The translations under genes and the position numbers were made by a program. A model generated the notes under the pieces. It made no database searches and was not told where the DNA came from. It saw nothing but the letters and a program-made list of their open reading frames with translations. From the IMG/VR virus record IMGVR_UViG_3300020358_000021, positions 1-27,048 of that record: a stretch of DNA of 27,048 bases; one strand, 5' to 3'. The stretch is from a virus (taxonomy: Duplodnaviria > Caudoviricetes). Below, piece after piece: positions 7,031-14,254 of the stretch (positions are counted from its first letter, which is position 1; each line of letters opens with the position of its first letter).

Positions 7031-8356
7031 TTAACCTACAGGTACGTTGTAATAATACTCACACTGCATTCCATTTTTCTTGTGCCATACAAAAGCATGT
7101 GCACGTTTAACTGTAGATAAGTATCCACTATCATCATGCCATTGGTCGGTAGGGCTCATACTTCCTAAATGTCGCACTGCAATACCATTAAGCTCTTCAA
7201 CCTGACCCATCGTACTTGATTTAAGGCTATGTAGATGCCCTCTGTGCACCTCAATGTGTCTCACACTGCTCCATACATCTCTAAATCGTTGCGAGATAAC
7301 AGACGCAAGGTTTTTATAGTTCTTAACTCTGTTACCATGGTCAAATATAAGTAAACATTCACCATACTTGTAAGCCTTCATTAAAGGTCGGCTATTATCA
7401 ACGTTTATATGCGGAGTTGTTTCGTATAAAGCTTCTAATGCGTCACCCATGTGTAGCATAGATTCTTCGTCATGATTACCAGGAACAACGACAACACGCA
7501 CAGGAGCTTTTTTTGATAACAAATTGATAGCTTCGACTAACAATTTTCTTCCATATCTATAAGCTTCGTATGCAGATACTGTATTACTTTGTGGTGTACC
7601 AGCTGTAGTAGAGTTAAATGGGTTGGCTCTATCTATATTTAAGAAGTCATTACCTACAACAAAGACTATTTCTTCAATTCGGAATCCTCTCGCTCTGTGA
7701 AAAAGGGAATCAATAGCAGAGAAAAGCCTATCCCTAGCCACATCAAGACTATAATCGTCACCGCTAATACCCAACTTACCAAGATGCAAGTCGTACGCCC
7801 CCACTTCGAGCAAATAGCCTTCGCCTTCTTCTGTATCAGTATTAAAAGTAGGTTTAAGTGCATAGCTTTGGAAAGTTTCGAATAAGTCTTGTTTTAAATC
7901 TTCTTTTAATATAGCAATATTTTTCCAGACGTCAATCTTCTTAAACTTTGCTTTAGTTCTATACATAGTTACAGTAATAGGTTTCCTATCATTGTCAAAC
8001 CCCGTAACTTCGTATGTACCAATATCAAACCAATCAACCTCCCAGGTAGACAAGTCTACATTACAATTAGTTATAAGGTCATCTAATGATTTGACTCTAC
8101 TACTATTCTCTACAGATACAAGTAATGAATCTTTCTTTTCATTAGTTATAACTTTCTCTTCTGGCACTTCTGCCGATGAGTATGATGCAGCTTTTAGCTC
8201 TTCATCAAATGCAGCTCTAAGTCTTCTTGCTTGATGCCTTACAGATTCATATGTAGTGTTAAACATATCAGCTGTGTAAGCGTAATCTCCACGTAGTTTG
8301 TCTGGATTCTTTAATAAATAACTACGTAATTCGTCGTTTTTTTTACTTTCTTCCAC
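7031..8356 (-). CDS. Calcineurin-like metallophosphoesterase with N-terminal helical/HTH-like region
   Basis: All five motifs occur in order: YDLHLG, GNDFLN, PGNHD, DHG, GHLH. Confidence 0.85.
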   Translation of the reverse strand: MEESKKNDELRSYLLKNPDKLRGDYAYTADMFNTTYESVRHQARRLRAAFDEELKAASYSSAEVPEEKVITNEKKDSLLVSVENSSRVKSLDDLITNCNVDLSTWEVDWFDIGTYEVTGFDNDRKPITVTMYRTKAKFKKIDVWKNIAILKEDLKQDLFETFQSYALKPTFNTDTEEGEGYLLEVGAYDLHLGKLGISGDDYSLDVARDRLFSAIDSLFHRARGFRIEEIVFVVGNDFLNIDRANPFNSTTAGTPQSNTVSAYEAYRYGRKLLVEAINLLSKKAPVRVVVVPGNHDEESMLHMGDALEALYETTPHINVDNSRPLMKAYKYGECLLIFDHGNRVKNYKNLASVISQRFRDVWSSVRHIEVHRGHLHSLKSSTMGQVEELNGIAVRHLGSMSPTDQWHDDSGYLSTVKRAHAFVWHKKNGMQCEYYYNVPVG

Positions 8357-8621
8357 GATTTCTTGCTCTATTTTTAGATTGACTTTCCTTCACCATCTTA
8401 CCGTCTTTTTTATGAGACATATCTTTACCATCTTTGTTGCCATAAGTACCTGACTTACGGTTCTTAGCATTAAGTTCAGACCTGTATTTTTTACGTTTAT
8501 CTGTAGAGTGATATTTCTTGTCGTAAGCTTGCTTTTTTTTACGAGCTTCAGGGTTTGCAGCGTAGTATTGTGCACTTTTACTTTTACCCTTTCCTTTACC
8601 TGCTAATGAATTTCTTGCCAT
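8343..8621 (-). CDS. Small basic protein with minimal HNH-like motif
   Basis: Lys/Arg-rich; DGKDMSH...KNRARN resembles small phage beta-beta-alpha (D.DH...N..RN) proteins. Confidence 0.55.
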   Translation of the reverse strand: MARNSLAGKGKGKSKSAQYYAANPEARKKKQAYDKKYHSTDKRKKYRSELNAKNRKSGTYGNKDGKDMSHKKDGKMVKESQSKNRARNRGRK

Positions 8622-8767
8622 TATTCTTCAGGTTGTGGTTCATTTATAAATGCTATATATATAAAAGGTATGTATACATGTGTTTCTGCATATGAATATG
8701 TCTCGTCTTGAGCAAAACTTCTAACACCTAATAAGATACCACTATATAAACCTATCTCTATTCTCAT
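8621..8767 (-). CDS. Micro-protein, 48 aa (not in the ORF track)
   Basis: MRIEIGLYSGILLGVRSFAQDETYSYAETHVYIPFIYIAFINEPQPEE*. It fills the gap exactly, with TAATG overlaps at both ends. Confidence 0.7.
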   Translation of the reverse strand: MRIEIGLYSGILLGVRSFAQDETYSYAETHVYIPFIYIAFINEPQPEE

Positions 8768-9147
8768 TACATTATGTTTTTTTTATTAACCCCTATATCA
8801 ATTAACCACCTTCGTACATCTATACCTGCAGATACATCAAAAAAAAGTGATGAACATCCTACTTTCAAGTTTTGATTGTAAAGTAAGTGGTACATCACTA
8901 TGTTCTCCATGCTATCGTATTGCTTCCAGGTGGCGGTATCGGAAGCTTTGCCATCTATTTTACCTCCTATATACGCTATATGCTTATAGGTTTCATTTGA
9001 GGATGGGTGCTCCGAACTCGCTTTATACCTAGATAGTTGTCCGTTAAAGTGAATTACATCACAAGATACAGATAAATTGTATTCTTTTTTTTCAGGTACG
9101 TAATCTTTATTTGTACCAGTAGAACCAATAATTAAATACTCAATCAT
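8767..9147 (-). CDS. Degenerate Amidase_2 (T7-lysozyme/PGRP fold) homologue lacking the Zn ligands
   Basis: EYLIIGSTGT, HIAYIGG..DGKASDTATWKQ, LKVGCSSL and AGIDVRRWL..IG align in order with the amidase motifs IHCTAT, IxYVGG..DTRTxxQ, IxGHxxL and CPSFDVxxWL. Confidence 0.7.
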   Translation of the reverse strand: MIEYLIIGSTGTNKDYVPEKKEYNLSVSCDVIHFNGQLSRYKASSEHPSSNETYKHIAYIGGKIDGKASDTATWKQYDSMENIVMYHLLYNQNLKVGCSSLFFDVSAGIDVRRWLIDIGVNKKNIM

Positions 9148-9329
9148 GACTTAGATTTTTCTGTAATAAGCTTTTCCAAGTATACAGCTAAATCCATAGC
9201 CTCTTCTTGAGCGTGTATAAGCCATTGTAATTCAGTTAAGTCTTTCCGCTCCATGGTTACACCATATTTCTTTCTACCTACCTCTGAACGCTTTAAAATC
9301 TTATAACAAACGCTTTCTTCTATTGCCAT
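9144..9329 (-). CDS. Small all-alpha protein, possibly MazG-like NTP pyrophosphatase fold
   Basis: RSEVGRKKYG...WLIHAQEEAMDLAVYLEK, with an EExxD motif; looks like a widespread small phage protein family. Confidence 0.5.
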   Translation of the reverse strand: MAIEESVCYKILKRSEVGRKKYGVTMERKDLTELQWLIHAQEEAMDLAVYLEKLITEKSKS

Positions 9330-9335
9330 TACTAT

Positions 9336-9725
9336 TTATTTTTTAGAAGAGCCACCAAAGAAAAAGTCAATTATTGTGTTTACTTTACTTGACATTGCTC
9401 CAAATACAGTACTTATAAAACCTATTTCATAGTCAGATAATTCTAACGTATTCATAACAAAGTACTTAAACATGGTGTAAGATAGGAAAAAATATGCACC
9501 CGTAAAGATAATTGCAAGAACTTTTTGTATAATGCTATCATCTGCAAATAAATTACGTGCACTTTTGCGGTCTTCTACCTCTAGCTTAAACACTTGTTGT
9601 TCATGTTCTTGACCTAGTTGTTCAAGCTTGTTTTTAAGTGCTAATCTCTCTTCGTCAGTTGTAACTACCTCATCTATAATGCTTGAGGCCTGCCCTACTA
9701 AACTTTTAAGTATATCTTTAAACAT
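9336..9725 (-). CDS. Holin-like membrane protein (start reassigned to ATG 9725)
   Basis: MFKDILKSLVGQASSIIDEVVTTDEERL..., DRKSAR, two hydrophobic segments and C-terminal FFFGGSSKK. It lies directly downstream of the endolysin; the 9725 start gives an 8-nt overlap rather than 77 nt. Confidence 0.65.
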   Translation of the reverse strand: MFKDILKSLVGQASSIIDEVVTTDEERLALKNKLEQLGQEHEQQVFKLEVEDRKSARNLFADDSIIQKVLAIIFTGAYFFLSYTMFKYFVMNTLELSDYEIGFISTVFGAMSSKVNTIIDFFFGGSSKK

Positions 9726-10173
9726 CTGCGTATTTGTATTTAGTATCTCCATCCTCATCTTTGTAGGCTTCGAGTACTTGGTTTCTATTATCAACTCCCA
9801 CTAAAGATATATGTATCCAAGAAAAGTCAAATTCGTTAATCATCTGGTCAAACTCTACACCTGAATCTAAAATCCACTCATAGATAAGTTCGTTCATCAT
9901 CTTACCGTCTTGCCAAAACTGAATGTCTAATGCTTGACCTTTACAATGCTGTGATTTACGACTACCACCAATAGCTCGATTTAAATCTTTTCCTCTGTAC
10001 CCACTACTTATACGTATAGGCCCAAGAGATTCACGTAATGGTTGTATAATGTTATCTAACAGCTTAGTCATATTTGCCAAATGCTTTTCTGACATTTCAT
10101 TAGATATACCTAATCGTTTAGCAGTGTTACTACGTTCAATTTCTTGCCTAGTAAAGTTTTTACTTAATTTCAT
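9718..10173 (-). CDS. Endolysin, peptidase M15A family
   Basis: ISSGYR...LN..IGG...SQH..GQA.D...WIHIS motif with intact His/Asp/His zinc ligands. Confidence 0.9.
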   Translation of the reverse strand: MKLSKNFTRQEIERSNTAKRLGISNEMSEKHLANMTKLLDNIIQPLRESLGPIRISSGYRGKDLNRAIGGSRKSQHCKGQALDIQFWQDGKMMNELIYEWILDSGVEFDQMINEFDFSWIHISLVGVDNRNQVLEAYKDEDGDTKYKYADV

Positions 10174-10499
10174 TATTCAGTTTTTGCTTGTTTAATTTCT
10201 AAATCTTTAACTACCTTACGAAGATACTCAACTTCTTTCTGTAAATAGTCTATTTTTAAATCTTGTTTAGCATCATCAGGTAACGCACCCATTTCACCTC
10301 TAGGCCACTTGACTCTGAACTCATGATTAAGTCCTACATCATCTTGCATACGTACAACATCTAATTGTAGCTGAGAAATTTCTGCAGTTAATGTAAACCA
10401 TATACCTGCAAGAGAAATAATACCAGCTACAATACCAATTAAACTTTTTACGTCTAACTGCACTTTAGAACTTTCATTTATGTCGATAGTATCTTCCAA
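10173..10499 (-). CDS. Single-TM plus coiled-coil protein (paralogue of 10980-11258)
   Basis: TM LIGIVAGIISLAGIWFTL, followed by heptad-like segments; TTG start directly after the upstream TAA. Confidence 0.75.
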   Translation of the reverse strand: MEDTIDINESSKVQLDVKSLIGIVAGIISLAGIWFTLTAEISQLQLDVVRMQDDVGLNHEFRVKWPRGEMGALPDDAKQDLKIDYLQKEVEYLRKVVKDLEIKQAKTE

Positions 10500-10619
10500 T
10501 TAAGAATGCGTTAAAATTATAAATCCTATTACGTAACACAATACCATAGTAGTCCAGAAAAAAGCTATAGCTATAGTTGATGTGTGTAGTTTGTTGAAAG
10601 TTGTTTTGATTTTATTCAT
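10500..10619 (-). CDS. Micro-protein with one TM helix, 39 aa (not in the ORF track)
   Basis: MNKIKTTFNKLHTSTIAIAFFWTTMVLCYVIGFIILTHS*. It has a TAATG overlap upstream and abuts the next start codon. Confidence 0.65.
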   Translation of the reverse strand: MNKIKTTFNKLHTSTIAIAFFWTTMVLCYVIGFIILTHS

Positions 10620-10987
10620 TACTGAAATTTGCTGAATGTTATTTCGTCGATTGATTTTTGAACTTTTTTCTTATTAGCATTTAGCTGTAACATAATGTTA
10701 GAACTGAATCTCTTTTCTTCAATACCGTTATTTAATATAATAACTGTTGGTACAGAAGTAATGCTAAACTTTTTTTGTATTCCTGCTTGTTTTACTATGT
10801 CTACTCTGTATGCGTTACAATCTTTTAACGAAGGTAAAAAATCCACTTGATTACCTTTGTTCCATTCAGCCCAAAACTCTATTACAACTGTTCCTTTAGA
10901 AGTCTTAGAGTCAAATGAGCTAGAAGTAACAAACTCTTGAGCTAGAATATTCAAGGGTAATAATAATATAAGAAGTAGCTTACTCAT
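10619..10987 (-). CDS. Secreted thioredoxin-fold protein lacking CxxC
   Basis: Signal peptide MSKLLLILLLPLNILA-Q; VVIEFWAEWNKGN at the WCxxC position; cis-Pro loop ITSVPTVIILNNG. Confidence 0.85.
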   Translation of the reverse strand: MSKLLLILLLPLNILAQEFVTSSSFDSKTSKGTVVIEFWAEWNKGNQVDFLPSLKDCNAYRVDIVKQAGIQKKFSITSVPTVIILNNGIEEKRFSSNIMLQLNANKKKVQKSIDEITFSKFQ

Positions 10988-11258
10988 AAAGTTTTTGCTT
11001 GATGAGCTTTAGGTCCTCTTTAATTTCTGATACATCTTCTTGTGTAGACATTATAGTTTGACGTATAAGCTTATCTTTCATGTCAAACTCCACCCTACTT
11101 ATAACGGGGTCTGTTGGTTTAGGCAACTCTCTAGCTTCTGCTATATCGTTTTGTAAAGTAAACCACATTCCTACTAAAGTACCTATCAAAGCTACTACAC
11201 CTCCAAGAGTTTTTAGACTTATTTGTACCTCACTATTTTCGCTAATCTGTGTTGCCAT
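10980..11258 (-). CDS. Single-TM plus coiled-coil protein (paralogue of 10173-10499)
   Basis: TM LGGVVALIGTLVGMWFTL; C-terminal heptads TQEDVSEIKEDLKLIKQKL. Confidence 0.75.
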   Translation of the reverse strand: MATQISENSEVQISLKTLGGVVALIGTLVGMWFTLQNDIAEARELPKPTDPVISRVEFDMKDKLIRQTIMSTQEDVSEIKEDLKLIKQKLYE

Positions 11259-11259
11259 G

Positions 11260-12345
11260 CTAAAATATTAAATAATTTATACCAGTTTTTAATTGGTAAG
11301 ACGGTCTATCCCAAAACTGTAGATGCCTAGCCTCTACAAAGATACTAAAATGTCTGTTAAAATTTACACCAAATATTAATCCTGCATCCCATTCTGTTTG
11401 GTCACCATTCCTAACAAAAGAATAATCAGTCAACCCTTTATGTATAGGGTATACAGAACCCCAAGTGTGTAACCAGCAGTCTTGATTATAATAGTAATAA
11501 TCTAATCCTATTACTGCTGATACTTCTTGTTGTAAACCTATTAAGTCGAGTTGTTCTTTATTGTATCTATTAAGTACTGTAGGAAAATAATACTTATAAA
11601 ACTCATCATCGCTTGCGCAAATCCATTCTGATTCACCAGCATCTATATCAATATATATCCATTCTCCAGATTGAGATGTACTTAAATAATAATATGAATT
11701 GGCTAAGGACTTCCAAGAATTGTTACCGTTTACTTTAGCCCATTCTTCTATAGGTGAGTAACCGTAAACTGGATGGGAACGATGGGCTACGCCTGCAGTA
11801 ATGTCAAAATTGCCAAAACTTTTGCGTAACCTAACCTCGCCCAACGTATAATTTAAATTTATTAATCCATCATCTACATATGCAGCTTTAGCTGTAAAGT
11901 AGTTAGATATATACCTTAACTTATATTCTTGTTGGGAAACTTCAGTACCCCTGTTTCTAACAAACGAATACTGAAATAAATACTCTAAACCAGGAGCGTT
12001 AGATACTGTAGAGTAATCACTAATCTCGTGTTCTGAGCCGTCATAAAACAAACCCTGCTTTACTTGATAATCAAACCTTGCTATTTTTCTAAGACCAATA
12101 GTAATATTAACATTAGGCTCGCTATACTGAGTCGCCTCTATTATATTACCGTTTACGTAGTCATCTTGATGCCCAGGGTCGTGCAGACCTTGAATTCTAT
12201 ATCCTACAGGCTCTGCTGCAGGGGTGGTTGTAGAGTAACTTGCGTAAAAAGTAGCAAATCTAAATAAATCTAAACCAAATTGTGCTTGTACTGTAGTAGT
12301 AGTTAATAATAACATTACATACAGAAATCTTTTTAACATTTCCAT
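11260..12345 (-). CDS. Probable outer-membrane beta-barrel protein
   Basis: Sec signal peptide ending VQA-Q; many amphipathic Tyr/Phe/Trp-rich strands; C-terminal YQLKTGINYLIF ending in Phe (BAM beta-signal-like). Confidence 0.7.
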   Translation of the reverse strand: MEMLKRFLYVMLLLTTTTVQAQFGLDLFRFATFYASYSTTTPAAEPVGYRIQGLHDPGHQDDYVNGNIIEATQYSEPNVNITIGLRKIARFDYQVKQGLFYDGSEHEISDYSTVSNAPGLEYLFQYSFVRNRGTEVSQQEYKLRYISNYFTAKAAYVDDGLINLNYTLGEVRLRKSFGNFDITAGVAHRSHPVYGYSPIEEWAKVNGNNSWKSLANSYYYLSTSQSGEWIYIDIDAGESEWICASDDEFYKYYFPTVLNRYNKEQLDLIGLQQEVSAVIGLDYYYYNQDCWLHTWGSVYPIHKGLTDYSFVRNGDQTEWDAGLIFGVNFNRHFSIFVEARHLQFWDRPSYQLKTGINYLIF

Positions 12346-12632
12346 CTTCTTCTAGCTTGTCGTATTCTTGAATTAGGGTCATTTTTAGTCTTAGCACTAC
12401 TCTTTTTTAACTGACCAGCAGACCTTGCGCAGTAAGACTTTCTTCTACCTGCTGCTTTGCTACCCTTTTTTACCTTACCTGTAACTGCTGTCTTAAGCTT
12501 ACTACCAGGATTCTTTTTTCTATATGCTGCAACACCTTTCTTAGTCATGCCAGCTCCAGATTTCGTAGACCTGTAATTAGCACCTTTACCTTTAGTTGTT
12601 TTACGTATAGGCTTTTCTTTACGTTCAGCCAT
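12333..12632 (-). CDS. Small highly basic phage protein (resembles a widespread family, possibly DUF6321)
   Basis: GAGMTKKGVAAYR..NPGSKLKTAVTG...RRKSYCARS...RRRWKC pattern recalled from aquatic phages; family name unverified. Confidence 0.6.
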   Translation of the reverse strand: MAERKEKPIRKTTKGKGANYRSTKSGAGMTKKGVAAYRKKNPGSKLKTAVTGKVKKGSKAAGRRKSYCARSAGQLKKSSAKTKNDPNSRIRQARRRWKC

Positions 12633-12636
12633 AAGT

Positions 12637-12759
12637 TTACTTTTTAGGTTTAGTGTGTGTATATCCTTTAGCTTTTAGTGCTAAATGTTCTTTTTTAGTC
12701 TTAGCTATTTTTTTTGTACCAGACTTACTATACATGTTATGTTTTTTAAATACAGCCAT
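12637..12759 (-). CDS. Lys/His-rich micro-protein, 40 aa (not in the ORF track)
   Basis: MAVFKKHNMYSKSGTKKIAKTKKEHLALKAKGYTHTKPKK*, with a TAATG overlap upstream. Confidence 0.7.
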   Translation of the reverse strand: MAVFKKHNMYSKSGTKKIAKTKKEHLALKAKGYTHTKPKK

Positions 12760-12917
12760 TAGTCGTTTTGGTTTTTAAGTCTACAAGGGCAGCCTATCAT
12801 TCCTCCACTTTTATAATTCTTCATTCCAGCATATGCTTTTGCAGACACTGTACTATTTTTTTTCGAACGGGAAGTACCTGCTTTTTTTCTTTTGTTTATG
12901 TTTTCTACTAAACTCAT
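12759..12917 (-). CDS. Small basic protein (start reassigned to ATG 12917)
   Basis: MSLVENINKRKKAGTSRSKKNSTVSAKAYAGMK...GCPCRLKNQND. The 12917 start avoids overlap with the 12929-13084 ORF. Confidence 0.65.
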   Translation of the reverse strand: MSLVENINKRKKAGTSRSKKNSTVSAKAYAGMKNYKSGGMIGCPCRLKNQND

Positions 12918-12928
12918 TATATATTGTT

Positions 12929-13084
12929 TTATGAACCACAAGCCTCACAATCAGGGTCATCCATATTGCAAGTTTCTGGTTGGTCTGTTTCTTCTAAATC
13001 TTTTATCCAACTATCCCATGTAGTTCTAGCTATTTCTTTGTTTTTATCTTCGAAGTCTTTGATGTAATTATTTTCGTTATTCAT
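12929..13084 (-). CDS. Acidic micro-protein, 51 aa, ending in an RNR-alpha-type redox tail (not in the ORF track)
   Basis: MNNENNYIKDFEDKNKEIARTTWDSWIKDLEETDQPETCNMDDPDCEACGS*, with an 8-nt ATGAATAA overlap to the upstream gene. Confidence 0.75.
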   Translation of the reverse strand: MNNENNYIKDFEDKNKEIARTTWDSWIKDLEETDQPETCNMDDPDCEACGS

Positions 13085-13505
13085 TTACTTTAAATTTACC
13101 GTGCATCCATGTTTTAATTGTTGAACCTTTCTTAAGTTTTACCTTAAATTTATAAGAACCAGGAGTTAAAGACGTTTGGCTATTAGATAGCGATAACGTA
13201 AATTTCCCTAAAGTATCGTTAACTGCTATAGCCGCAGGTAGGTTTAAAGTAAAGTTAGCTATAATATTGAAATAGTCTGCTTGAGCTAAAGATAAGGATA
13301 GCTCTGAGTTTCTTGCTGTTAAGTTAGACGCAGCTATTAAAGTATCGTCGGATTCTGCTCCGTAAATATTAAAAAAAACATAGTATTCTGCTAAAGAAAA
13401 TACTGCGTTCGATGAGTCTTTTATGTCTAAAGTTAAAGATAAAGTATCTTCAGCTTTTATTACTATATCTACTTTTTGTGATATGTCTGTGTTTATTGTA
13501 GCCAT
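13077..13505 (-). CDS. Ig-like fibre adaptor/baseplate-type protein, paralogue 1
   Basis: MATINTDISQKVDI...GKFTLSLSNSQTSLTPGSYKFKV...WMHGKFKV, a BppU-N-like beta-sandwich pattern. Confidence 0.6.
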   Translation of the reverse strand: MATINTDISQKVDIVIKAEDTLSLTLDIKDSSNAVFSLAEYYVFFNIYGAESDDTLIAASNLTARNSELSLSLAQADYFNIIANFTLNLPAAIAVNDTLGKFTLSLSNSQTSLTPGSYKFKVKLKKGSTIKTWMHGKFKVNE

Positions 13506-13506
13506 G

Positions 13507-14253
13507 TTATCTGTCTGCTATAATTATTACTGCTCCGTATATTACTTGTGATGTAGATGTTGTCATAACTTTTATAGCTACGTAATTAGTTTCTGCAGAG
13601 TTGTAAGCTGTTTTTAAATTTATAACAGCTCCTGAGTTCCCACTACCTATTGAAGTGAATGCACCTGAAGTAACGTCTACTCCATTTAAGAACGTCGATA
13701 CAGTGCTGCTAGAGTATACAGCATAACCTGTTACTTTCTTACCTTCTGGTATAGTAACAGATGCAAATATTTCTTGCGAAGAACTAGCAACCCTAACTCC
13801 TATCTTATTTCTAACATCATCTTCAATAACTGTACGCTCTAAACTAGCATCATCGTTACCCATAAACTGTGTAGGTAGTATCTTGATTAGGTTTTCGTAC
13901 ACACCACCTGCAGGTCCAGCAGCTCCTCTAGCTCCTGTATTTCCTGTAGGCCCTCTTGAACCTGTACTACCATTACTACCGTTAGAACCGTTAGAACCAT
14001 CTGCGCCTGCATCACCAGTATCTCCTTTAGGACCTTGAGAGCCAACTACATCAGCAACAACGTGCCTTCTTAGTTCGTCTATATCTTCTTGTACTAAACC
14101 TATTTGATATATTACTCCTGCAAACGCAGGCTCTTCATCAGGATTAGTTGCAATTTTAGTAAGGTGACCAGCATCAAACTCATCTTTAAGCTTTGCTTTA
14201 TCATCACCACCTTTGTCGTGTATAGGATTTGACTTTTTATCTGCTAATGCCAT
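13507..14253 (-). CDS. Collagen-like fibre protein
   Basis: Short coiled coil, then 15 consecutive Gly-X-Y triplets, then a beta-rich C-terminal head. Confidence 0.8.
   Translation of the reverse strand: MALADKKSNPIHDKGGDDKAKLKDEFDAGHLTKIATNPDEEPAFAGVIYQIGLVQEDIDELRRHVVADVVGSQGPKGDTGDAGADGSNGSNGSNGSTGSRGPTGNTGARGAAGPAGGVYENLIKILPTQFMGNDDASLERTVIEDDVRNKIGVRVASSSQEIFASVTIPEGKKVTGYAVYSSSTVSTFLNGVDVTSGAFTSIGSGNSGAVINLKTAYNSAETNYVAIKVMTTSTSQVIYGAVIIIADR
13909..14043 (-). repeat. Collagen Gly-X-Y repeat (15 triplets)
   Basis: GSQ GPK GDT GDA GAD GSN GSN GSN GST GSR GPT GNT GAR GAA GPA. Confidence 0.9.
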
Positions 14254-14254
14254 A

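Noticed and set aside
9726-9794. Extended N-terminus of the holin-like ORF given in the track
   Set aside because: It would overlap the endolysin by 77 nt. ATG 9725 gives the short overlap typical of this genome and a plausible amphipathic start.
12918-12941. Extended start of the 12759-12941 ORF given in the track
   Set aside because: It overlaps the end of the 51-aa CEACGS ORF and uses a non-ATG start; ATG 12917 fits better.
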